DNA from: Candidatus Binatia bacterium | GTDB taxonomy: Bacteria; Desulfobacterota; Binatia; HRBIN30 | DNA length: 64,000 bases | Assembly: GCA_038245295.1 (NCBI GenBank) | Contig: JBBRSP010000019.1 | Coordinates: forward strand, 1-64,000 | Reading direction: 5' to 3' | Shown here: positions 48,805 to 57,853 of the stretch, in pieces | How the letters are laid out: every line of letters starts with the position of its first letter | Position numbering within the stretch: position 1 is the stretch's first letter | The notes under the pieces: generated by a model | The model's database searches: none | What the model was told of the DNA's origin: nothing | What the model saw: only the letters and a program-made list of their open reading frames with translations | Position numbers and translations under genes: made by a program

Positions 48805-50117
48805 CGATCGTTCGATCGCCGCCGCCGCACGACTACGCCGTTGCCGTGATCGGCGGCGGTCCGGCGGGCATCGCCGCCGCGCTGGCCGCGGCGAGCTGCG
48901 GCGCCAACGTGCTCCTTATTGAGCGCGACGCGAGGCTCGGTGGCAACGTTTCCCAGGCTCTGGTGCACACGATTTGCGGACTCTATCTCGCGTCGGCGAA
49001 TCGCGACGCCGTCTTCGCGCATCAAGGCCTGCCGCGCTTCTTCGCCGAAACGCTGATGGCCGATTGTAGTGCAGGCGAAGTCGGCTGGGCGGGCGATGCC
49101 AGCTTCCTGCCGATCGATCCGCAGGAATTCGGCAATCTGGCCGAGCATCTCTGCGGCAGGAGCGTCTCCATCGACCGCTGGATGGACGCAAGCCTGACGG
49201 GACTGGCGCTGGCTCACGGCGACGGCGGGATGTGCGGCATTGATGTGGAACGAAGCGGCGGCCTCGAGGCACACGCATCTGCCTGGGCGGTTGTCGATGC
49301 TACCGGGGACGCAACCGCCGCTGCACTCGCCGGCGTTCAGACCGAATACGCACTGCCCGACGAGCTCCAGCACGCGTCGTACATCTTCCGCATTGACGGC
49401 GTCGACGGCGCCGCATTGGACCACCTGGAGAGAGCTCGTACGAGCCTCGCCGTGGCACGTGCCGCCCGGACCGGCAAAGTCGCGACGACGGCTGCCTCGA
49501 TTGTCGTGCGCGCCGTGAGTGGCGAATCGGTGTTCGTGACGCTGAATCTACCGAAACCTACCGGCCGCCCTTTCGATCCTCTCGACGCCGTCGCGTTCGG
49601 ACACCTGCAAGACACCGCCGCTCGCGATGCGCGTCAGGTCCTGGCGTTTCTCCTCGCCGAGCGCGGTCCCTTTCGGAACGCTCGACCGGGCGCGTGGCCG
49701 GCGCGCGTCGGAATCCGCGAAACCCGCCGCGTCATCGGCCTCGAGCGCCTTGAGGTTGCCGACGTGCTCGAAGGCAAACGCCGCGACGACGAGGTCTGCA
49801 TTTCGACGTGGCCGGTAGAGCTCTGGCACAGTCACGAACGCGTGGTGTTTCGCCACACCGCCGGACCGTCGTCGATTCCGCTGGGGTGTCTGGTTGCCGA
49901 TCACCCCGGCCGCCGCCTTGCGATGGCAGGACGTTGCGTTTCGGCGAGCCACGAAGCCCTTGGCGCGATCCGGGTGATCGGAACATCGATGGCGATGGGT
50001 GAAGCGGCCGGCGTTGCCTGTGCGCTCGCGGCAACGTTTCGCAAAGACCTGTCCTCGATCGATGCTGCCGAGATACGCCACGCCATCGCCTCGGGCGCAA
50101 CGAGAGCAAACCTGTGA
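48801..50117 (+). CDS. FAD-dependent oxidoreductase (FAD_oxidored family)
   Basis: VIGGGPAGIAAALAAA, LGG, VDATGD, IRETRR, AGRCVSASHEA...RV...MAMGEAAG. Confidence 0.88.
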   Translation: MTIVRSPPPHDYAVAVIGGGPAGIAAALAAASCGANVLLIERDARLGGNVSQALVHTICGLYLASANRDAVFAHQGLPRFFAETLMADCSAGEVGWAGDASFLPIDPQEFGNLAEHLCGRSVSIDRWMDASLTGLALAHGDGGMCGIDVERSGGLEAHASAWAVVDATGDATAAALAGVQTEYALPDELQHASYIFRIDGVDGAALDHLERARTSLAVARAARTGKVATTAASIVVRAVSGESVFVTLNLPKPTGRPFDPLDAVAFGHLQDTAARDARQVLAFLLAERGPFRNARPGAWPARVGIRETRRVIGLERLEVADVLEGKRRDDEVCISTWPVELWHSHERVVFRHTAGPSSIPLGCLVADHPGRRLAMAGRCVSASHEALGAIRVIGTSMAMGEAAGVACALAATFRKDLSSIDAAEIRHAIASGATRANL

Positions 50118-51565
50118 CGAAGCTTGCCGAGGGCAAGTTCCCTCCCCAACGGCAAGTGAACGTCTTCGACTGCATCGCCGAGCAGGCGCGGTTGAGGCCG
50201 GACCATCCTGCCGTGACCCAGGACGGGGCACGAGCGCGCACTGTGACCTACGGCGAGCTTGTCAGGAACGCACGACGCAGGGCCGAGGAGATGCAGCCCT
50301 CAGGCATTGCCCGGTCTTGGCGTGTCGGAATGATCTATCCGCAGGGCGTCGACTTTATCGAGACAGCGCTGGCGCTCCTGTCGCTGCGTGCGTGCATGGT
50401 GCCGATCGCCGATGATCACCCGGCGGCGACCATTGCTGAGATCGTGCGCCGCGCCCATCTGCACGCGTTACTCGACGGAAAGCGGGGCGTGGTGGAGGTG
50501 TTGCCCGCAACGCCGCTCGCTCCCGAGGTGGAAGAAGCCTTCGCCGCCACCGGCCCGGCCTATCTGCGCTTTACATCGGGTACGACGAGCGAGCGAAAGG
50601 GGGTGCTGATCGGTCATGCGCGCATCCTCGAACGACTCGAGGCTGCCAACCGCGGCCTCGCCATCGGGCCGCAGGACCGGGTGTTGTGGCTGCTGCCGAT
50701 GGCGCACCATTTCGTCGTATCGATCCTGTTGTACCTGCGTTACGGCGCAACCATCCTGCTGCCGTCGACTGGGCTGGCGCCGTCTATTCTCGATCTTGCC
50801 GGACGCGAGCGGGCGACGGTGCTGTACGCGTCGCCGCATCACATGAAGCTGCTGGCCAAGGAAGCATCGACAGTGCGCATGGACACGTTGCGCTTGGTGA
50901 TCTCGACGGCGGAGGGGCTCCGTGCGGATGTCGCCGACGCGTTCGCGCAACGCTTCGGCATCGCGATCGTGCAGGCCCTCGGCATCATGGAAGTTGGCCT
51001 GCCCGTGATGAACACGGTCAGTGCCACAACGAAACCCGTCGCGCTCGGCCGGGCGCAACCGGCGTACGAAGTATGGCTGCGCGACGACGACGGCCGTCCG
51101 GCGGCTGGTCACAGCCCGGAGACCAGTGGCGAGATCTGTATCCGGGGGCCCGGGATGCTCGACGCGTATCTCGATCCGTGGACGCCGTGGTCGGATATCG
51201 TCGAGCCGGATGGCTTTCGTACGGGTGACCATGGGTGGTTCGACGGCGACGGCGATCTCCACCTCGCCGGAAGGCGGGCGGCGCGCATCAACATGTCTGG
51301 CATGAAGTTCTTCTGCGAGGAGGTCGAGGCGGTGCTCGATACACACCCCGCCATCCAGAGGAGTCGGGTGTCAGCCAAGCAGCATCCCCACCTCGGCGAG
51401 CTTCCGGTGGCCGAGATCGTTCTCGTCCCCGGTGCGGCGCCCCCTGTGCCGAGGCAACTCACGTCGTTCTGTCGCGAACGTCTGGCCAGTTACATGGTTC
51501 CGCGAAGTTTCGAAGTGGTGACGGAGCTGCCGACGACGCTGACTGGGAAGCTCGCGCGGCGATGA
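50114..51565 (+). CDS. AMP-dependent acyl-CoA/acyl-ACP ligase
   Basis: FTSGTTSERKG, GEICIRGP, FRTGD, GR...INMSG.K...EEVE, LP.T.TGKL. Confidence 0.9.
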   Translation: MTKLAEGKFPPQRQVNVFDCIAEQARLRPDHPAVTQDGARARTVTYGELVRNARRRAEEMQPSGIARSWRVGMIYPQGVDFIETALALLSLRACMVPIADDHPAATIAEIVRRAHLHALLDGKRGVVEVLPATPLAPEVEEAFAATGPAYLRFTSGTTSERKGVLIGHARILERLEAANRGLAIGPQDRVLWLLPMAHHFVVSILLYLRYGATILLPSTGLAPSILDLAGRERATVLYASPHHMKLLAKEASTVRMDTLRLVISTAEGLRADVADAFAQRFGIAIVQALGIMEVGLPVMNTVSATTKPVALGRAQPAYEVWLRDDDGRPAAGHSPETSGEICIRGPGMLDAYLDPWTPWSDIVEPDGFRTGDHGWFDGDGDLHLAGRRAARINMSGMKFFCEEVEAVLDTHPAIQRSRVSAKQHPHLGELPVAEIVLVPGAAPPVPRQLTSFCRERLASYMVPRSFEVVTELPTTLTGKLARR

Positions 51566-51732
51566 CTCGAGGCGCGCGGCTTGTGGCTGCGCCCTACCCA
51601 AACGCCCTACCGTCCCTCGATTCCGAGCCGACCCGTCCATTCAACCGGCGATCCGCCCGTTGGGGCGGAATCCGATTGAATGAGGCGCGGGCGGCGTGAT
51701 ACGCGCCCCTACACCAGGGAGACTCTGAGATC

Positions 51733-53709
51733 ATGAGTAATTTTCGATCGTTCGCGTTATGCGTCGGCGTGTTGGCCGGCTTTGTCGCCGGCCCGGCAAG
51801 GGCTGCCGACTGCTCCGCCGGTAGCTTCAACAGCACCTATGACCTGATCCAGAAGGCGGTCTTCGAGAATCGCGGCTGTACCAACAGTGTTTGCCATGGT
51901 GAGGCGGCGACGGGCGGGCTCGATCTGCGCGCCGACGTCTCGTACAACAACCTCGTCGATGTCGAGTCGGCCACCATTCCGGGCTGGAAACGCGTGCTGG
52001 TTGGCCAGACCGCGGCAAGCTTGTTCTACGTAAACCTGGCAGCCAAGACGAACCCTGCCCAGTGGACGGCGCCGTTGCGCGCCATGCCGCTTGATCCGGT
52101 GCCGGCCCTCACCCAGAACGAGCTCGACGCGATCCGCCTCTGGATCGAACGCGGCGCGCCGCGCGACGGCGTCGTCCCGGGGACGGACAGGCTACTCGAC
52201 GCCTGCCTACCGCCACCCGAGCCGATCGAAATCAAGCCACTGCCGCCACCGGCACCCGGCACCGGCGTACAGATCAAGATGCCGCGCCTGGTGCTGCGGC
52301 CGCACAGTGAGCAGGAAGTCTGCTTCGCCACCTACTACGACGTGACCGATCAGGTGCCGGCCGAGCTGCGCCGCGCCGACGGTACGTTCCGTTACAAGTA
52401 TCACGAGACGCGTCAGGACCCGCTCAGCCATCACATGGTGCCGGTGCTCTATGACGGCGGCACACCGATCACGAGTCCCGTGTGGGGCAACTGGACCTGT
52501 CACGGTGGGAACATCGAAGGCCAGGCGTGTGACCCGCTCAATCTCACCTCGTGTGGCTCGGGCATCTGCACGTCGCAGGTCTCGCCCAGCATCGCCTGCA
52601 TTGGTTACGGACCCGGCGACGGCGGCATCGGCCTATCGACGGCGGGCATCTCGATCACGCAACAGACGGCCGAGGAGTTCAAGTTTGCTCCAGGCGTCTA
52701 CGATTCCCTGCCCACCAAGGGCGTGATCATGTGGAGCTCGCATGCCTTCAACTTGACGGACCAGCCCGGCAAGCTCGAGGCCTGGCTCAATTTCGAGTTC
52801 GCCGGTCTCGACGAACAAATCGACCCCGCCGTGCAGATCTTCGACGCGTCGGCGGTCTTCAAGGCCAACGCCCCGGCCTTTGGGACGGATGAGCCGTGCA
52901 ACATCAGCACCTTCCCGCCCAATACACACCTGTTCGAGCTCACGTCGCACACCCACAAGCGCGGCAAGCGCTGGCGCACGTTCCGCGGCGCCTTCCGCTG
53001 CCAGGGCGGACCGATAAAGGACCAGGCGTGCTCGCCGATCGGCTACGACTTCGTCAGCCCGGATGTCTGCCAGGGATCGCCCTGCACCGGTACGACACAA
53101 CCCAAGTCGGGTGACTGTGACCTCAGCGGCGACGTCTCTGTTGATGAGATCGTGCGCGGTGTCACGATCGCCCTCGGCAGCGGCGACATCGAGAGCTGCC
53201 ACCAGATGGACGTCAACGAAGACTCGGAAGTGTCCGTCGACGAGCTCGTCACCAGTGTGGGCGCCGCTCTCAATGGCGTGCCCGCACCCGTCGCCCGCGA
53301 TGGCATGGCGAGCCTGATGTACGTCAGCCTCATCTACAATGATCCGCTCGTCCTCCACAGGAATGACCATCCCATGGTCTTGCAGGGTGGAGCTGACGAT
53401 CGATCGTTTACCTTCTGCTCACTCTACGACAACGGCTACACGCATCCGGCCGAGGTGAAAACCAAATCGGGTTCACCGAAGCCACCAATCGCTTTCCCGG
53501 GCGTTGGTGGTCCGTGTGACGAGGCAACCAACTGCACGGCCGGCAAGGTCGGCAATGCGTGTAAGGGCAGAGGACAGCTGGCCCGCAACGCCTCCTGCGA
53601 CAGCGTCACCGGCATGGGAGACGGAAAATGTGATGCCTGCCCGCTGCACGGTGGCGTGACGACCGAAGATGAGATGTTCATCCTCCTCGGGCGATACTAC
53701 GTGCCGTAA
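51733..53709 (+). CDS. Secreted copper type II monooxygenase-like protein with N-terminal heme-c-like domain and dockerin-like insert
   Basis: Signal peptide ending ARA; CTNSVCH...GLDL...AMP...WIERGA; SHHM, SHAFN, SHTHKRG, TEDEMF; GDCDLSGDVSVDEI and DVNEDSEVSVDEL. Confidence 0.75.
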   Translation: MSNFRSFALCVGVLAGFVAGPARAADCSAGSFNSTYDLIQKAVFENRGCTNSVCHGEAATGGLDLRADVSYNNLVDVESATIPGWKRVLVGQTAASLFYVNLAAKTNPAQWTAPLRAMPLDPVPALTQNELDAIRLWIERGAPRDGVVPGTDRLLDACLPPPEPIEIKPLPPPAPGTGVQIKMPRLVLRPHSEQEVCFATYYDVTDQVPAELRRADGTFRYKYHETRQDPLSHHMVPVLYDGGTPITSPVWGNWTCHGGNIEGQACDPLNLTSCGSGICTSQVSPSIACIGYGPGDGGIGLSTAGISITQQTAEEFKFAPGVYDSLPTKGVIMWSSHAFNLTDQPGKLEAWLNFEFAGLDEQIDPAVQIFDASAVFKANAPAFGTDEPCNISTFPPNTHLFELTSHTHKRGKRWRTFRGAFRCQGGPIKDQACSPIGYDFVSPDVCQGSPCTGTTQPKSGDCDLSGDVSVDEIVRGVTIALGSGDIESCHQMDVNEDSEVSVDELVTSVGAALNGVPAPVARDGMASLMYVSLIYNDPLVLHRNDHPMVLQGGADDRSFTFCSLYDNGYTHPAEVKTKSGSPKPPIAFPGVGGPCDEATNCTAGKVGNACKGRGQLARNASCDSVTGMGDGKCDACPLHGGVTTEDEMFILLGRYYVP

Positions 53710-53713
53710 GAGC

Positions 53714-53764
53714 ATTTGGCCATTTTCCATTTGGCCATCTTGTCATCTTGCCAAATGGCCAAAT
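53714..53764. repeat. Short ATTTGGCC-type tandem/inverted repeat
   Basis: atttggccattttccatttggccatcttgtcatcttgccaaatggccaaat; degenerate copy near 55052-55078. Confidence 0.55.
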
Positions 53765-53804
53765 CCCCTTCCGTGACTCCTGGAGTTGGCTTAGGCTCGC
53801 TGCC

Positions 53805-55049
53805 ATGGCCTTCGACCTGAAGACGATCGACATCATCAGCAACGCTCACTACGCCGCCAACGGTTACCCGCATCCGGAGTGGGCGTTCTTGCGCAAACAC
53901 GATCCGGTGCATCGCTTCGAGCGTCCCGGCATCCGGCCGTTCTGGGCGATCACCAAGTATGAGGATGTCGTCAAGATCTCGAAGCAGCCCAAGCTGTTCC
54001 AAAACGCGCCGCGCTTGGCGGTGTTTCCGGGCCTCGAGCCAGAGGTACCGGATGGCACCGATCCGCCGGCGCGTCATCTGCTCAACATGGATCCACCGGA
54101 GCATGGTCAGTATCGCAAGTTGTGCAGCCATCGCTTCACGCCACGCGCCGTCCAACCACTGCGCGCTTCGGTGGAAGAAATCTGCAAGGAGGTGCTCGAC
54201 AAGTTTGCCGACGGCGGTGGCATGACTACGGGCGACTTCGTCAGCGGCGTCTCCGCCAAGATTCCGCTGGCCGTGCTTGCCGATCTATTGGGGGTGCCGC
54301 GCTCCGATTGGGAGCTGATGTTTCAGTGGACGAACGAAACGATCGGCGCCAACGATCCCGAGTATCAGCAGGGCACCAGCGCCGAGGAAACCATCGATCG
54401 CGCCCGCCTGGCTCTGTTTGGATACTTCGTCGACATGGTCGAGAAGCGGCGCGCCAATCCGACCGACGACATCGTGAGTGTCATCGGCAACTCGAAGTTG
54501 AACGGCGCCGACGTTCCACCCTTCGAGCTGCTGTCGTATTTCTTCGTACTCGTCGTCGCCGGCAATGAAACGACGCGCAACGCTACGAGCGGTGGTTTGC
54601 TGGCCCTGATCGAGAATCCCTCCGAGTTGAAAAAGCTACGCGACGACCCGTCGTTGATTCCCTCGGCGGTCGAAGAGATCGTGCGCTGGACATCGCCGGT
54701 GATCCAATTCTGTCGCACGCCGGTGCAGGACTTCGAGTTACGCGGCAAACACATCAAGGCGGGGGAGAACATGACTCTGTTCTACCCATCGGCGAATCGC
54801 GACGAAGACATCTTCGAGGACCCGTTCACCTTCCGCGTCGATCGCAACCCCAATCCGCATCTCGCCTTCGGCGTCGGTGAACACTTTTGTCTCGGCGCCA
54901 ATCTGGCGCGCCTCGAGCTCGAAGTGATCTTCCAGCAACTGATCGCGCGACTCGACCACGTCGAGCTCGCCGGCCCGGTGTCGCGTCTGCATTCCAGTTT
55001 TGTCGGTGGCATCAAGAATGTCCCGCTGCGCTACCAGATGCGGGCGTAA
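53805..55049 (+). CDS. Cytochrome P450 (CYP124/125/142-like)
   Basis: MDPPEH, AGNETT I-helix, EEIVR, SANRDE..F, HLAFGVGEHFCLG. Confidence 0.95.
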   Translation: MAFDLKTIDIISNAHYAANGYPHPEWAFLRKHDPVHRFERPGIRPFWAITKYEDVVKISKQPKLFQNAPRLAVFPGLEPEVPDGTDPPARHLLNMDPPEHGQYRKLCSHRFTPRAVQPLRASVEEICKEVLDKFADGGGMTTGDFVSGVSAKIPLAVLADLLGVPRSDWELMFQWTNETIGANDPEYQQGTSAEETIDRARLALFGYFVDMVEKRRANPTDDIVSVIGNSKLNGADVPPFELLSYFFVLVVAGNETTRNATSGGLLALIENPSELKKLRDDPSLIPSAVEEIVRWTSPVIQFCRTPVQDFELRGKHIKAGENMTLFYPSANRDEDIFEDPFTFRVDRNPNPHLAFGVGEHFCLGANLARLELEVIFQQLIARLDHVELAGPVSRLHSSFVGGIKNVPLRYQMRA

Positions 55050-55103
55050 GACATTTGGCTACCTGGTCAGTTTGCCATCGGGCGTAATGCGGGTTTCTCG
55101 ACG

Positions 55104-55320
55104 TGGTCATACCGGCGAGGGAGATTATCGATAAACGGAAATGAAGCAACGTCATCCCGGCGGAAGAGACTGTCGTAAAACCAAAGTGGAGCAACGTCAT
55201 CCCGGTGAAAACCGGGATCTCCCCCTGGAAGCCTCGAAAGCTGGCGAGATACCGGCTTTCGCCGGTATGACGGAGGTGTGTGCGCGGTTTCAACCGATGA
55301 ATCAGAGAATCAACAGTCTC
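55104..55320. repeat. CGTC-type REP/MITE-like composite
   Basis: Colinear with 24788-25081 (aaagtggagcaacgtcat, gagataccggctttcgccggtatgacgga, gatgaatcagagaa tail). Confidence 0.85.
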
Positions 55321-55822
55321 GAAGGCCAGTATCCAGTGCCGGGAGCCACGCCTATGACGCCCAGCACTGCTGACAGATTATCCGACCCAGGTTGAGTTTT
55401 CCGCCGCCGCACCCCATCCACGACGCGCCAGGAAGCCCCAGGACGGGCTCTCGCAGGTCGGGATGGCTCCACCTACGTACACAAACTCAACGTTTTCGGG
55501 TGATTTCACCCTCGGGCCGTTGAAAAATAAGGGGTTTCTTCCCGACCATGGCCGCGATCCAGGGTCAATCCGAGCCTGGCCGGCCGCCCTTGGCAGAACG
55601 CATTGAAGAGTGATGGGCGCGGAGGAGATCCGGGACGGATCTCCTCCGTGGTGGGATTGGAGACGCACCGCGCGGTTGGGCGACCGCGGCAGTACCTGTC
55701 TCCTGGGTTCGCCGACTAACTTACCCGCAACAGGTTACGGGGACGTGACCCGCGGATGACGTCCCGCACACCGGCGCCGACGTTGCCTCACAGGCCCAAC
55801 GAGTTCGACAACGCGAAAGGGC

Positions 55823-55927
55823 CTACCGCTCCCATGGGTTCAAGATGGGGGCTCCCGTGTGCTGAAAATCGGTGACGTTTCTGGTCACGACTGTGAAGCC
55901 ATGATGGATTGCGGTCGCAGCGATGAG
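55823..55927 (-). pseudogene. vapC: 3' remnant of a vapC PIN-toxin gene
   Basis: Manual translation LIAATAIHHGFTVVTRNVTDFQHTGAPILNPWER*; 5' part absent, abuts the REPIN. Confidence 0.85.
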
Positions 55928-56049
55928 GGGCTTTGCACGGCAATTCGCGTTGGAGGACACCGCAGGCTGAAGCCTGCGCCTACCGGTTTACAATCCGCCA
56001 GCGTATTCAGCGTGGTAGGCGCAGGCTTCAGCCTGCGGTGAGCTGAGCG
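55927..56049. repeat. ~125-bp REPIN/MITE-like element
   Basis: Reverse complement closely matches 17865-17987 including the non-REP flanks. Confidence 0.85.
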
Positions 56050-56094
56050 CTGGTTGATCGCCGAATTTACGTGCAAAGCAGGCTCGGGCGCGTC

Positions 56095-57237
56095 TCATGG
56101 TTCTTGGTTGGAAAAGATCACCGTACCACTGGCCGCGAACATGCCGCCGACACCGTGGCTCACCGAGATCTTGGCGCCCGGCACCTGCGCCGGAGCGATG
56201 CCGCGCATCTGCCGCACACTCTCTTGCAGCGCGTACATGCCGTACATTCCCGAGTGCATGTAGGAGAGACCGCCGCCGTTGGTATTGAGCGGCAGCATGC
56301 CGCCCGGCGCCGTATTACGCTCGGCAATGAAATCGGCCGCCTCGCCCGGCTTGCAGAAACCCAATGCTTCAAGCGCATACATCGGCAGATGCGCGAAGGC
56401 GTCATAGGCCATCATGTGATCGACGTCGGCGTGTTTGATGCCGGCGTCGGCGAAGGCTTTTGCCCCCGACATGCGATACGCACGCGACGAGTTGAAGTCG
56501 TCCATCTGGCTGATCATCGGTGTCTCGACACTTTCGCCGGTGCCGAGGACATAGACCGGCTTCTGCGGAAAATCCTTGGCGCGTTCGGCCGACGTCAGGA
56601 TCAACGCCCCGCCGCCGTCGGTGACGAGGCAACACATCAACAGACGAAACGGATAGGCGATCATGCGCGAGTTCATCACGTCATCGATCGTAATCGGCTC
56701 GCGGTAGGTGGCGCGCGGGTTCTTCGCCGCCCATTCGCGTTGCACCACGGCGACCTGTGCCAGCTTTTCCTGGGCGATGCCGTAGGTCTTCAAATACCGC
56801 AGCACCGGAATGGTGAAGATCGACGGCGGGCCGGCGATGCCGAACGGCGATTCGAACTGCCCCTGCAAGCTGGCGCTCGGACGACTGAAGCCACCGACTC
56901 CGACGCGCGAACGGCCGCTCTCGCCGTGGGTGATCAACACGGTCTTGCACAGCCCTTCGTTGATCGCCGCGGCGGCATGGCGCACGTGTAACATGAACGA
57001 ACAGCCGCCAACCGCGGTGCCGTCGGCCCACGTCGGCTTGATCCCGAGATAATGGGCAATCGCGACGGGTGATTCACCGGCCGTGGCGACGCCGTCGATA
57101 TCCGATGGCTTGAGGCCGCAATCGGCCATGGCATTCAATGCCGCATCGGCGTGCAGCATGATCTGCGACACATCCGGGATCACACCGAGCTTGGTGGTCT
57201 CGGCCGCTCCTACAACAGCAACGGTATTCGGCTTCAT
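56095..57237 (-). CDS. SCP2/Ltp2-type thiolase-like protein
   Basis: GGCS, CCLVTDGGGA, YDAF, LEALGFC, NTNGGGLSYMH. Confidence 0.9.
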   Translation of the reverse strand: MKPNTVAVVGAAETTKLGVIPDVSQIMLHADAALNAMADCGLKPSDIDGVATAGESPVAIAHYLGIKPTWADGTAVGGCSFMLHVRHAAAAINEGLCKTVLITHGESGRSRVGVGGFSRPSASLQGQFESPFGIAGPPSIFTIPVLRYLKTYGIAQEKLAQVAVVQREWAAKNPRATYREPITIDDVMNSRMIAYPFRLLMCCLVTDGGGALILTSAERAKDFPQKPVYVLGTGESVETPMISQMDDFNSSRAYRMSGAKAFADAGIKHADVDHMMAYDAFAHLPMYALEALGFCKPGEAADFIAERNTAPGGMLPLNTNGGGLSYMHSGMYGMYALQESVRQMRGIAPAQVPGAKISVSHGVGGMFAASGTVIFSNQEP

Positions 57238-57647
57238 GACTTGGCACCCGCGGGTCGGAAGAAAGGCAAGGTGATGCTGTCGTCTTGCTTCTCGAACACC
57301 ACCTCAAGGGGCATATCGAGTAGCAACGCCTCCGGCGTTTGCGCGCAACCGACGATGTTCGTCATCATCCGTGGTCCCTCTTCAAGCTCGACCACGGCAA
57401 TCGCGTACGGCGGCGTAAAGCCTGGTACCGGGCGCGCGTGAATCACGTAACTGTAGAGCGATGCCCGCCCGCTCGCCTGGAATATCGTCGTGTCGCGCGA
57501 CCCACACTGCGGGCAGAAGGGCCGCGGCGGGAAGTAGGCGTCGTCGCAATGGGTGCAACGCTGCAGTCGCAGCTCATTCTGTCGCGTGCCTTCCCAGAAG
57601 TGCGCCGTTTCGGGCGTCGGTGTTGGTAGTGCTCTTCCTGAACTCAT
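57234..57647 (-). CDS. DUF35 Zn-ribbon/OB-fold protein (thiolase partner)
   Basis: FWEG...LQRCTHC...FPPR.FCPQC; PYAIAVVELEEGPRMMTNI. Confidence 0.92.
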   Translation of the reverse strand: MSSGRALPTPTPETAHFWEGTRQNELRLQRCTHCDDAYFPPRPFCPQCGSRDTTIFQASGRASLYSYVIHARPVPGFTPPYAIAVVELEEGPRMMTNIVGCAQTPEALLLDMPLEVVFEKQDDSITLPFFRPAGAKS

Positions 57648-57853
57648 GCTCGGCCTTTCTTTGCCGCGCGGTGGCGCGGGCGAATCGCGAGAGGGTTCCA
57701 TAGCGCCGCTCCTCCCGCAACGTACCCGCCGCGCATACAGGCGGTTTGATTGGTCGTCCGTATTGGGCGGAGGACGAGGGCTGCCGCGCTCGGCGAGGGA
57801 TAGCCAGGCGTTGGTCGGCGCCAGCGGTTCGCCGGGCGGTTCGCAAACCGCCC

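Noticed and set aside
55714..55740. Integron attC site (TAAC...GTTA)
   Set aside because: Too short, does not match RYYYAAC/GTTRRRY, and no integrase or cassette array is present
55800..55865. 6S RNA suggested by ttgaacc/gggttcaag/gggagc
   Set aside because: The stretch is explained as the 3' end of the vapC remnant on the minus strand
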